A DNA stretch of 62,308 bases, counting the filler, from Piptocephalis cylindrospora (taxonomy: Eukaryota): assembly GCA_003614145.1 (NCBI GenBank). It is 4 parts of 4 records of this genome, joined end to end, with 100 filler letters (N's around TTAATTAATTAA, not from the genome) between each part and the next. Parts side by side here need not be neighbours in the genome. Positions count along the whole stretch, not along the records: positions 1 to 15,518 come from KZ987893.1; 3 more parts are not named here. One strand, written 5' to 3'. The translations under genes and the position numbers were made by a program. Positions 1 to 11,319 of this stretch are shown piece after piece. Within the stretch, counting starts at the first letter, position 1; the number at the start of each line of letters is the position of its first letter. Below the pieces are notes generated by a model. That model was not told the DNA's origin and did no database searches. It saw nothing but the letters and a program-made list of their open reading frames with translations.

Positions 1-2
1 GG

Positions 3-158
3 ATGGGGCCCTCAGTCCAACCCACTGGCAAGGGCGCTCAGGCCAGTGCCGCGGTTACCCCCGCCGAGAATGGCCCAACACCTGAGGAGGCCTATCGAGC
101 TAGGACCTTTACTTTTGGATACATTCCTGAGCTCCCCCCTCCTCCTGCGCTCTGCTGA
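3..158 (+). CDS. NUP42: 3' end of nucleoporin Nup42/AMO1-like gene (Gle1-binding C-terminus), 5' truncated at contig edge
   Basis: Frame from base 3 reads ...EEAYRARTFTFGYIPELPPPPALC* (stop 156-158), matching the Nup42/NUPL2 C-terminal F-x-x-G-x-(I/V)-P-x-x-PPP motif. Not in the ORF track. Confidence 0.75.
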   Translation: MGPSVQPTGKGAQASAAVTPAENGPTPEEAYRARTFTFGYIPELPPPPALC

Positions 159-1006
159 GTCAATGGGAAGAGTAGATAGAGGATCCTCCCTTGTGCGTTG
201 TATATCGATCGCTTATAGGAGATGAGTGTGTCTGTGTGTTAATGAATTTCAATGGAGCTTTTGCTCTTACCAGTGCAGCATAATTTGATTAGGACGATAT
301 CGTCAAGGTGTCTGGTCTCACACGTCTCATCTCCCTTAAAATTGGGCGAAAAAGACCATACCAATAAGGTAAATCCAATAAGAATTGACCTGGATTGGAT
401 ACATTACGTTGGCCCCGTTGAGAAAGCGTCATGAATAACTAATGTCGTTATTACTAATACTCTTGATTCATGGTGTTACACGCTTCGAAGGGTAGCGGAC
501 AGGGCGGGGATAAAGCCCTATTGATTGCCCCTCGTGATACCTACAGTGTCCATCTATATCTCTCCTACTCGCCACTTTATGATAAAGGGGAAGCTTATAT
601 GCCATTACTCCACGAAATCACATGCCATCCTCAGACTTATGCACAAGCTGTGCCAGCCATAATTGGGATGTGGGGTCTCACTCGTGATCCCCTGCATCAC
701 AAAGGGCGGGAAACCTAGCCTTCGGAGTGAGGCTGCACCGATGATGGCGGTGCTTCCAGTCGGCTAGTCAGCCATTCTCCATCTCCGTTGGCACACACAT
801 GTGAGGGGCCCTGGTCTCTTCCCTCCCACTCCTGTCCAACTGGTCAGTGGTGCGGGGAGCTATTGAGGCGACAGAGGGAGGCTTCATTCCTTCCCATCAC
901 CATCATCCCTGTGCACGTAAATATCTAGGCCGACAGGGGATGGCCTTCCCTCCTCACTCCCTCCTCACTCCCTCCTTTCCCCTCCCCTCCTTATCTTCCG
1001 CCTCGC

Positions 1007-2467
1007 ATGACCGTCTCTTCTATTGTTTCACCCACAAACAACATCCCCGTTCCTAGTCTGGCAGCCTCCTCCAGCAACCTGCACACAGCCTTGCCCCATC
1101 TCGATTTGCTTGACCAGGTTGTCAGGGGAATCGAGCAGACCGGGTCATTGTGCAAAGATGATGACCTGCTCTTGTCAGACGTCCCTTCTTTGTATCGACA
1201 CCTGTCTCGAGCTCGATATTCCTCAGAGGCTGCGGTGGAACTGGTCTTAGCCACTCTGGATTGGAGGAAATGTCAGGAGCCCCTGGGCTCCTATAGCCTC
1301 TCGGACCTGTCTCTCTTACGCCACCGAGCCTTCCAGCATCATGGGCTAGACCAGCAGGGTCGTCCTGGGATATGGGTGGATCTAGCGAAACTTTTACAGG
1401 TCAAAACCATCTCCCAGGAATCACCCATCAAGCGATACCTCGTCCTGCAATTAGAGGCCCTTCGACGGTGGACCCAGGCGCACTTTGACCAGACGGGTCG
1501 ATTGGTCCCAGCAGTCCTGGTCATCGACCTAAAGGACGTGCCCTTTACCGCCCTAGATCTAGATCTAGCCCCCTTTCTTGTTGAGATCCTTCGAACCCAC
1601 TTTCCTCGCAGCATTGCTGCTGTGCATGTCCTGCACTATGGATGGACATATGCTGGTCTATGGGCCCTGCTACGTCGGCTCGTCTCGGAGCGAGCATGCT
1701 CCCGCATCACCTTTATTCAAGAGAATCGGGAACTTCAAGATCACTTTGATGCTCACTGCATTCCTCAAAGGTATGGTGGATCCTTGGTTGAAGAAGCTGA
1801 TGAAGATGTATGGTCCCCGGAGTCTTGTCCCTTCTTGCAAACAAGTAACCATAAAAAGGATACGCCATGGGCTCCAAGAGGATCTGGGGAAGAAGAGACC
1901 ATATCTTCCGAGGAGGCAGATGAGGATAACGAAGAGGATGAGGATGAGGATGAGGGACATAGCAGCACCGCTCATCGATTGAGCGGAGAAAAGGGAATTC
2001 GAAGGGTGGATTCACAGTTTTGGGGCGTCGGTACCGTACATGATATCTTTTACGATGCTGAGGGAACCGCGGATACTACTGATCCCCCACCCAGCCTTTC
2101 CCATGAACGAGCCATGCTGGCCCTTGGAGAGGCCGAGGGGCGTATTGCACATCTGGAGATGCAGCTACGTCAGACCCAAGATCTGGCTGCGACCCTACAA
2201 GCACGTCGCTCCCGGCCCGCAAAGACCGTAACCTTCTCCCCCGCCTCCCTCCATCATTGGAGGGAGAGGCTGGGTCGATGGTGGGTCCGGGTCATTCTCT
2301 CAACTCGTACTGGGAAATGGCGGGAGAGTGGATGGTGGAAAAAAAGCCTCCGGGACGGAAGGTGGGTCTGGTGGGTGGCTATGGCGCTCATGTGGCGCGA
2401 GGGCATGTCCGTTCTACTCGAGCGATTCCTGATCAATCGCATGGTAGGCGCAGCTGTTCGTGTATGA
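1007..2467 (+). CDS. CRAL-TRIO (Sec14-like) lipid-binding protein with acidic tract, coiled coil and C-terminal hydrophobic anchor
   Basis: Intronless 486-aa ORF with Sec14-type motifs (TLDWR, HGLDQQGRPGIWV, VLVIDLKD, HFPRSIAAVHVL, CIPQRYGG) and a Trp-rich hydrophobic C-terminus. Confidence 0.85.
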   Translation: MTVSSIVSPTNNIPVPSLAASSSNLHTALPHLDLLDQVVRGIEQTGSLCKDDDLLLSDVPSLYRHLSRARYSSEAAVELVLATLDWRKCQEPLGSYSLSDLSLLRHRAFQHHGLDQQGRPGIWVDLAKLLQVKTISQESPIKRYLVLQLEALRRWTQAHFDQTGRLVPAVLVIDLKDVPFTALDLDLAPFLVEILRTHFPRSIAAVHVLHYGWTYAGLWALLRRLVSERACSRITFIQENRELQDHFDAHCIPQRYGGSLVEEADEDVWSPESCPFLQTSNHKKDTPWAPRGSGEEETISSEEADEDNEEDEDEDEGHSSTAHRLSGEKGIRRVDSQFWGVGTVHDIFYDAEGTADTTDPPPSLSHERAMLALGEAEGRIAHLEMQLRQTQDLAATLQARRSRPAKTVTFSPASLHHWRERLGRWWVRVILSTRTGKWRESGWWKKSLRDGRWVWWVAMALMWREGMSVLLERFLINRMVGAAVRV

Positions 2468-2685
2468 GAGGCTTGTCCGTGTGTATTATACCATTATCTT
2501 CTACATTACTTGGGGTAGTGAGTGACTTTCGGTGCCCTTTGATATATTGCCTGAGGACCAAGCGTGCTCTTTAATGCTGTAGGGTGGCCATCCCTTTGCG
2601 CACCTCCGTAAATGATAGGTCACGTGATTTTTGCATATTGCCTTTGGGATGTTACTCTATAACCATTTGGTATATATATATATAC

Positions 2686-2687
<2 letters not shown>

Positions 2688-2732
<45 letters not shown>
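2688..2732. repeat. (GT)n microsatellite preceded by short (TA)n
   Basis: Visible dinucleotide run. Confidence 0.95.
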
Positions 2733-2735
<3 letters not shown>

Positions 2736-2982
2736 ATCTGGGACCACATTGAGTTGACCGGGACCAAAATCCAATAAAAATATTCTAGAAAAAAAAAAGA
2801 AAAAATATCCTAGCTGGCTGTGATTTATTGCCCACAGGTCATCAGCCTCCCCCGGCTCTTGCATGAAAGGGAAGGTGCGTCCTTGGACTGGATCTGATCC
2901 TTCCTAAAATACTCTCTTTGATATATCCCATCTATACAATACGTTCCTGTCCACCTTTCTCCCTCCCTCATCATCATCCCCA

Positions 2983-4714
2983 ATGGCCACTCTCCAAGAC
3001 AAAGCGGTGAAAGAAATACCCAAGAAAGAGGAGACTGTTCTAGACTCCCCCATTGAAGAGTCCATCCCCGAGGAGAAGGCATCGGTGGAGAGTTTCAAGG
3101 ACCTGGTAAGCCGCCTTTCCCTCCATTCGTCTTCTCTTCCGGGCCCCATCTCATATTTACTCTCCTGTATAGGGCGTTATTGAGCCTATCTGCGAGGCTT
3201 GCATCAAGCTTTCCTACACAAAACCAACAGAAATTCAAGCTGAGGCTATTCCGTATGCTCTGGAAGGAAAAGATATCATTGGGCTGGCCCAAACTGGGTC
3301 GGGAAAGACTGCAGCTTTTGCCATTCCCATCCTCCAGGCACTCTGGGAGAAGCCTCAGGCCTTTTTTGCCGTCATCTTGGCACCGACACGTGAACTCGCC
3401 TTCCAGATCTCTGAAACCTTCGAGTCCCTTGGATCAGTCATGGGTGTTCGGTGCTGCGTCATCGTGGGAGGCATGGATATGATGACCCAATCCATTGCCC
3501 TGTCCAAGCGGCCTCATATCCTCATTGCTACACCTGGTCGTCTTCAGGACCATCTGGAGCACACTAAGGGGTTTACTCTTCGGAACTCTCAATATCTGGT
3601 AGGTTCTCATGTCCGGAATGCGCTTGCTCTTATTCTTCTCTAACTTTCCCTCCCCCATTAGGTCATGGATGAGGCTGATCGACTATTAGACATGGACTTT
3701 GGTCCCAAAATTGATCAGATTCTCAAGATCATGCCCAAGGAACGAGGGACCTTTCTTTTCTCCGCCACCATGACTACTAAAGTCGCCAAGCTCCAGAGGG
3801 CTTCCCTGCGGAACCCGGTCAAGGTTGAGGTATCTACCAAGTAAGTACCCCGGATCATTTCTACGTCCATATACATGATATCTCTCATCTTACACCTTTT
3901 TTATATCTCTCCTATTCTTCTAGATACTCTACTGTCGAGACCCTGCTTCAATACTATATCTTTCTCCCTTTCAAGCACCGAGATTGCTATTTGGTTTACC
4001 TCCTCAATGAGTTGGCAGGTAAATCTATTATCGTCTTTACTCGCACTTGTAGTGAGACCCAGAGATTGGCCCTTCTCCTTCGGAGTCTGGGCTTCCCCGC
4101 CATCCCTCTTCATGGGCAGCTAGCCATGCCCAAACGTCTGGGAGCGTTGAATAAGTTCAAGGCCGGGAGCAGAAATGTTCTAATTGCCACTGATGTGGCT
4201 TCCCGTGGTCTGGATATCCCAGCAGTCGATGTGGTCATGAATGCAGATCTTCCCACCAACAGCAAAGACTACATCCATCGTGTCGGCCGAACGGCCCGTG
4301 CTGGCCGGTCCGGTAAGAGTATCAGTCTTGTTACTCAGTATGACCTGGAAATCTACCAGAGGATTGAGCAGGCCATTGGCAAGAAGCTCCCTGCTTTTCA
4401 TGTGGATAGTGAGAGTGTCCTGCTTCTTCAAGAACGCGTGGAGGAGGCTCAGCGTCTCGCTGCTCTGGTATGGGTTTTCTGTATTTGTGCGTGTCAAGGT
4501 ATCCTATACTCACCCTTATCGCTCTCCATGTACACAGGAACTCAAGGCATTGGAGAAGGATGGAAAGAAGCGTCATCGATACGCCGACGAGGAAGAGGAG
4601 GACAGGCTGGAGGCAGAGGGGAAGGGGGGCAAGGATCGGAAACGGTCCAAGCCGTCCTCCCGTGGAGGCGGTGGCGGCGGCAAGTCCCGATCCAGAGGAG
4701 GTAGGCGGTCTTGA
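2983..4714 (+). CDS. RRP3: DEAD-box RNA helicase Rrp3/DDX47 (18S rRNA processing); exons 2983-3105, 3173-3598, 3662-3840, 3924-4467, 4538-4714
   Basis: Spliced reading gives Q motif, [25 protein letters not shown] and [15 protein letters not shown], plus Rrp3-typical [10 protein letters not shown]. All four introns are GT-AG. Confidence 0.93.
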
Positions 4715-4885
4715 TCTTTGAACAGCCGGTGGGCAGGAATAGATATCATTTTTTTCGTATTCAATTATGACATTCTGAAAGGAATAGGAAGAGTGGGTAT
4801 ATTGAATGGTGGTGAGGTAGAGGAAGGGTTGGATCTGAAGAATAAAAAAAGAAGAGAGGGGAAGTAAAATTCGTGAGGGCGGGCG

Positions 4886-4915
<30 letters not shown>
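4886..4915. repeat. (GA)n microsatellite between convergent genes
   Basis: Visible dinucleotide run. Confidence 0.9.
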
Positions 4916-4918
<3 letters not shown>

Positions 4919-5024
4919 TAAAAAATACAATTGGGATGGAGTGAAGTGGGATATAAAAGTCATCCACTTGACTACCATCACTACACCAGGAACGACAGCA
5001 ATATCCATGACAGCGACCTGACTA

Positions 5025-8000
5025 CTACTCCTCCTCCTCCTCTTCAATCATTTGCCCTAGACCAACAGGCCGAGGTGGCAGCTGAGAATCAGACATGGTC
5101 ATCCCGGAGGGCCCAGTCCCGCCGCCGCCGCCGGTGCTGTTGTTTATCCCATGGTTACTAAGCCCCGAGCCTTCCATGGCTGTGCGTAGAGCAGCTGAGG
5201 GGGTGGAGGCCGAGGTGACTACGGCAGAAATAGAGACTGAACTTCCCACATCCGTCATGGACCGGGAGACTGACATGGGTTGCGAGGTCCCAACGTTCCC
5301 ATACTTGGTCATAAAGGCCGAGGGAGGGCCATTAGTTCCGGACGACCCACCAGACTGAGCACTGCCTCTTCGACCTCCAAGGAGCATCGGAGTTGGCCCA
5401 AGTGGAAAGCCCCCTCCTCCTGCCCCTACCTCTTCCCCTGGACTGGAAAGGGCCGTACGATAAGGCGGGTTGGCACCGTTAGGACGATGGATGGAGGAGG
5501 GAAATGAAGTCTGGGAGGGGCTCGTGGATCGGGGGCCATTGGGTACTGATGACATAGAGAGGTGAGGTGGCATAGGAATTCTTCCAAGACTTTGGGATCT
5601 TGATCCATGCACCATAGGAACCGCTTTCACCTTGACTTGGGCCTCTCGGGTCACCTCCACCTCATCCTCCTCGTCCTTGCCCTGATCATTAATTGCGTAG
5701 ATACTGGAGGGGGGGGGGGGGGGGGGGGGGGGGGGTGCGCGCCCGGGAGGGGGGTATTGTACGCAAACACCGGCTCTCCCCCCCCCCACACCTTTTCTAC
5801 CCCCCCCTCTGCTTTTTTTGAAACTTTATTAGTTTCAATACATTTTTTGTTGCGTATGAGCCACCCTTCTCTTCCACACTTCGGTGTCTGACACGGACCA
5901 TTCAGTCCCGGAGGGAATTCTTCCACTTGATCCGGATTTGTCCTTGGCACCAGCAGATTTGTTGGAGCCATTGGGTCGAAAGAGCCAAAACGTGGAAAGT
6001 CGATGGGTAGAACTTCCCGCGCTCTTTTTCTTTCCTGTGCCTTCTCCCTTGCCCCCAGCCCTACTCAATCTCTCAGAGCCTGTCATGGAGGGGCCTTGGG
6101 AAGAGAGGGCTCCATCCGAGGAACTTGGATCCCTGGACAAGGATCCGGAATCATCTGTTTCAGCCCCATTTCCCTCCCCTCCATTCACATCAGGCATGGA
6201 TCGGGAGAGACCGGCATTAAGCATGATCCCTCCTACTTTGGAGGCATGGCTTTGCTCCTCAGGATCCGATTTTCGCCCTTCCCTCCTGCCCCCATCCGAA
6301 TGCTCCACATCCTGGGGCTCCCGTCGTTTAATTCCCCCACTCAGGGGAGAACGTGGACGTCTGGACCGGCTTTTCCCGGACTCCCGAGGTTCCCGTCGTG
6401 TATTGCCCAGATTACCTCGTCTATCCTCTCGTTCCGTGGAGGAGGATGAGGAAGATGAGGCTGAGGAGGGGGAGGGGGAGGAGCCCACTCCACCAAAGAG
6501 GGCCTTGAGCATAGAGGAAGGGCTTGAACTCCTCTGAGGCTCCCCACTTTCCTCCTCCCCTTTACCTTTACCCTCTCCATCCTTCTTTCGCTTTCTAAAG
6601 GTAGATCCTGTCCCTCGACGAAACATCCCGCCCTTGCCTGTGGTCTCCTTCTTCGCCTTTTTCTGCCCACTTCCTCCCTTTCCGGACGCCTCCTCCCCGG
6701 CCGGATCCAGAGGCTCATCGGCCACACTATTGGATGCCGTACTGGATGGGCCCAGTGAATCATCCTCCTCCTCTCTCCGTCCAACGGGAGGGTCCGCGGG
6801 GAGAAATGGATAGGGAATCTGATTTTCCCGGGCCCTACGGGCCTCTCTCTGTAGTTTAAGGATCATGAGATGATAAAGACCTGAGAGAGAATCACACGCA
6901 TCTCTTCGGACACTTCTGATTATGGCATCCGTATCGAATCCTGCTTGGGCCAGGAGCTTTAGAGGGTCGGGGGCCCCAGGGGTCGGAGATCCCCGTCGAC
7001 CTCCTTCTCCCTCTTCATCGGTCCCTCTTCCCAGACTCCCAGTACTACTTCGTGGGGTTGGTGGGCGAAGGTGTGAGGGAATACTCTGAGCCACGCTGTT
7101 TCCTCCCCTACCCATCATGATATCACGGGTGGGTGAGGCGGAGGGGCTGAAGCCATCCATGCCTGGAACCCCTAGGACCCTGGGAGAAACGGTGGACCCG
7201 GGAGAAGGTGAGGAGAGGGGTGGGAGAGGAGGGGTGGCCCTGGCCAAGGTAGGGGACCCGGGGGGAGAGCCTGTAATGGGAGGAAGGGGGGATGTGGGGG
7301 TCGCAGGCAAGGAACGACTCTCGATACCAAGGGCACAAGCGACGGCATGGTCCTCCGCCAGGAGGTTCCTCTCAGTACTGGCTAGCCAGGCATGAGCATC
7401 TATCCCATCCACATCCAATCGCTCCTTGGGCTTGACCCGTAAGCACCGGTCAATCAAGCCGGTGACTACATCACCCAAATCCTCGGGTACCTCGTACTTG
7501 CCGCGTAGAATAAGGCTCTGAAGCTCAACGGCCTCATCATCATCAAAAGGCAGAGAACCACACAGGAGGGTGTAGAGGATGACGCCCATGGACCAGACAT
7601 CCACCTCGGGACCCTTGTAGGATTTTCCAGCGATCATTTCGGGAGCGGCATATGCCACCGACCCGCAATAGGTATGGAGCATGCGGAGGGAGTCCCATTC
7701 GCGAGCAAAGCCAAAGTCGACCAGTTTGACATTGAGCTGATCATCCAGGAGGATGTTCTCCAATTTAAGATCCCGATGCACTAAGTTTCGGTGATGTAGG
7801 TAAGAGACTGCTGAAAGGGTCTGACGGAACCAGTGACGCGCCAGAGCTTCCGGGGCCCTTCCCTCCCGAGTCAGCCAATCGAGCAGTTCACCTCGACTGG
7901 CCAGCTCCATGGCCAAGTAAATCTTGGACTCGGTCACGATAAGTTCATGAAGCCGGGCGATTCTAGGATGGTTTAGTCTTCTCCAGTGCTCGACCTCGCG

Positions 8001-8407
8001 GACCAAGTTAACCGCATGGGACTTGTCTACCATCTTCATCGCCACCCTTGCTCCAATTAAACGATGATAGGCCACCTTGACTTTTCCATATGTGCCTAGA
8101 ATGAGGGGGAAAAGGATGGAAAGGTTTAGGGATGGAGTGGGAGGGGGGACGGGTGTCCGGGTCACTCACACACGGCCACACACGTACCATCACCGAGGGT
8201 CTCTCCGAGCATGTAATTCCCAATATTTCGAGGCTCTGGGCTGGTGAGCTCAGTAAATAGCTCATGACTATCAATTGATGCCTTTAAAAGGCGTCAGTAG
8301 TGATGATGAGGTAAGTGAGAGTGATTGTGAGGGCGGAAAAGAAAAATATTAATGATTACCTGAGCCTTGTGACGGTGACCACGTCCTCTATGACCTCCAC
8401 CAAACAT
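5025..8407 (-). CDS. CAMK/SNF1-MARK-related Ser/Thr kinase (Ppk16-like) with long disordered C-terminus; exons 8407-8360, 8281-8188, 8095-5025 (three in-frame stops at 5826-5837, probably sequence errors)
   Basis: MFGGGHRGRGHRHKAQ|ASIDSHELFTEL...IGNYMLGETLGDG|TYGKVK, VAMK, HRDLKLEN, DFG, GSVAYAAPE. ORFs 5835-8165 and 5025-5789 share one frame, and the product ends IEEEEEE. Confidence 0.85.
5709..5735. repeat. G27 homopolymer followed by low-quality-looking sequence
   Basis: Visible run. Confidence 0.9.
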
Positions 8408-10056
8408 GAGTTCGGAAACAGTTTCGTGATGGGAGTAAGGGGGAGGGAAGGAGAGAGGAAATATAGGTAGGGTCAAGTCAGCTCAAAATGGGCGGTGAGA
8501 GACAAAGCAAAGAAGAATAAGATATGTTGAGGAAGAGACGAGAAACGCCGTACAAGGGTGATGGCTATGCTGACAGCAAAGACGAGAGGCAAGGGAAAGG
8601 GGGGGGGGAAGGACGGAAAATGGCGCGTAATGGAGGCGACGTAGGATGAAAAATCGAGTGAGTTAGGATCGGGAAAAGAGTGAAGGGGGGAAGGGGAAGG
8701 GAGGAGGAGCAACGCGGTAAAAAGATATAAGGGACGTGTGGAAAGAAGAAAGACAGCTGGATGGGGAAGAGTAAAGGTACGGAGAAAAGGAGAGGGAGGA
8801 AGGAGAGTCAACGGATGATCAGTAGATGGGGAAGAGGAGATATTGACGTTCTTGCTGTGTAAAAAAGGAATTCACCCCTCAAGTGTATGTATGATGAAGG
8901 CGAGGGAAAGTTCAATAGGGAGTGATGGAGGGAGAGGGGGGGAGGGGGATCCGTGGAAGCGACGAGAGATAGGAAAGAGGGAAAAGAGACGCAAGGGGAA
9001 GCAGCGAGATGGGGTTGGGGAAGTAAAGAAAGGGTGGTGGAAGAGAAGAAGAGGAGTGTGGAGCCTTGCTCCTGCCGACCCGATGGATGATTCAAGGGGT
9101 AGGGAAGGACCACGGATGAGGGCAAGGCTGGGGATTCTGAAGGGGAGGGGATGGGTCCCTGTGCTAGGCTGGACAGATTTGGGATGTGGACGGAGACGGC
9201 CAAAGTATGGTGGTGTCGAGGGAGAAGACATGGGCGGAGATGGGCGGAGGGTCCAGGTAATATGCACTCGCTCCAAGAATAGCCCAGGGTCCCTGAAGGC
9301 CATTGGCAGCGTGTAGGAGGATGTGTGTGTAACTTGTCTGGCTGGTGGTGGTGAGTGAGGGGTGGTGGCTAAAAGGGATCGGAGGATGAAACTGTGCCAA
9401 ATAAGGTGTAAAAATCAGGTGAAAATGGCCAAGACGTCTTGATTTAGTCTGAGGAAAGGTAGAGGCATAGGAGGGATATGTAGGATAGATGGTCTGAGGC
9501 AATAGATGAATCTCGTGGGGCAAGATGAGGAGAATCGAGTCACCGAATTTGTGCCCATGGGATAATGTGGATGGGCCACGAGGGACATCCAGATAGGGGA
9601 TACGGGTAAGGAGGATCAGGGCTTTAGGATGCTGATAGGATGTGATGATCAGTCTAGCGGATACAAAAAACGTCATACTGGCAGCATAGGACTCATGGAC
9701 ATAAGAGGAAAAAAAGTCCAGGAATATAGCCCAAGGCACCATATCGTTTCTTTCAAAGGTAGCCAAAAAGCAATACCGCCAACAGTGCTCAAGGTCTTGG
9801 CACACATCTACACATTGATGGATCTGACAATGAATTCTTTCCTCTTATGACAGGTTCCATTCATCGCGGACACATGGCACTTTGTTTGTCTTCGTAAAGC
9901 GAAAGATATAAGCTATGAATTAGGTTAGCGTCGATACTTCTCCCAGGAACTAGCAAAACGGTTCAGCCCACTCTTATTGCCCCCTGGGAAAACTCCGATG
10001 CATTCATCCAGACTTTGTCAAGCTCTGATGCGCTCACCCAGAACTCGGCAAACAAA

Positions 10057-10062
10057 TATAAA
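10057..10062 (+). promoter_or_regulatory. Putative TATA box
   Basis: TATAAA about 170 nt upstream of ATG 10229, followed by a pyrimidine-rich leader. Confidence 0.4.
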
Positions 10063-10228
10063 CGCATCCAGATGAAGGGAAGTTGAGAAGAAGCTTTGCC
10101 TCTGTCATTCTCCTCCATCTTTACCGACGCCTCCTCTGAAGCCGTACCCTACTCCACGACCACGCCAATACCTTTACTCCTCTAACGTGACTCACCTTTC
10201 TATCACGAGAACCCGCCGCGCTCTCCCA

Positions 10229-10702
10229 ATGCTACTCGCTATACTCCTCCGCTTAACCTTCTCTGGCGGCATTCTCTCCTTAATCATCCTCCTCAATATG
10301 ATTTGTCCCTCTCAGGCTTCGCCATTACCTACATCCCATGAAGGACACCTGGATGTGGAAATCAAGCCTACCATCGAAACCGAGCGCAGAACGATCACCG
10401 TCTCCCCGAAGGCTGCACATTTCCACCAACAACTTCTCGCAGTGAAAAGCTCCATATCGAACCTTGAACGGGAGAGGGAAGATAGGAAAAAGGACCAAGA
10501 ATTGAAGAATAAGCATTTTGAACGGACGCTCCCCTTGGATCCACCTACCAAGACCCGATTCAACCAGTACCGTGACTATAGAGTGCAAGAATTAGTCCAT
10601 CATGATTCCTCTGCGACAAAGAGAAACCAAGACAGCTTTATTCCTCAACAATCTGTGAAATCTCCCCGCGTTCATTATAGTGGAGTACTGGTCTATCCAT
10701 AG
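10229..10702 (+). CDS. Hypothetical small secreted protein (157 aa) with central coiled coil
   Basis: Hydrophobic N-terminus ending SQA-SPLP (signal-peptide-like), upstream TATA, isolated ORF. Confidence 0.6.
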   Translation: MLLAILLRLTFSGGILSLIILLNMICPSQASPLPTSHEGHLDVEIKPTIETERRTITVSPKAAHFHQQLLAVKSSISNLEREREDRKKDQELKNKHFERTLPLDPPTKTRFNQYRDYRVQELVHHDSSATKRNQDSFIPQQSVKSPRVHYSGVLVYP

Positions 10703-11319
10703 TCATCTGCCCTGGCCCGATCCTATATGCTCTTCAATAGTTCTTGGTGGGTTATGGGTACTTTAACTGTGCATTTTATATATCCATGCTTTTCATGACC
10801 TTCCTCAATTCTTAGGTGCGATTACGATGCTTGTGCGTGATCTAGTCTTGCCATCAAAATCAGCATGTTTTTCGCGGACATGATGTATTTTTAGTAACAG
10901 TTGAAACATGAGAGGCACTCTTTCCATACGTAGGAAGGAGAAACACACACGACAGGAACCACATTAAATACCCTCTGAAATCCTAGAACGCGCTGCCATA
11001 CTACACATACACAAAGACGAGAAAACAGGATGGACAACCAAGATAGGACGATGACGATTAAATTACAGAGACGAGCAATGGCCATCGCCATAGAAAAACA
11101 CTGATGCACATATATGCTAAAACAAAAAGAACACACACACACATGCCACGCACACATCCGAATAAAGCGAAGAGGAGTAGGGTAGGAGAAGAACGACCGA
11201 CCGCCCAACATCCCTATCCCTACCGTATCACATCATCTCGGGGAGGAAAATGGATATGTGGTGTGTACGAGGCATAGTCCTCCCCTACCTCTCCAGATCC
11301 GCTACTATTAACAAAAAAA

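Noticed and set aside
8410..9850. Several ORFs of 70-213 aa upstream of the CAMK kinase
   Set aside because: Purine/pyrimidine-skewed leader or intergenic DNA yields Pro/Ser/Leu/Phe-rich ORFs by chance, with no domain signal.
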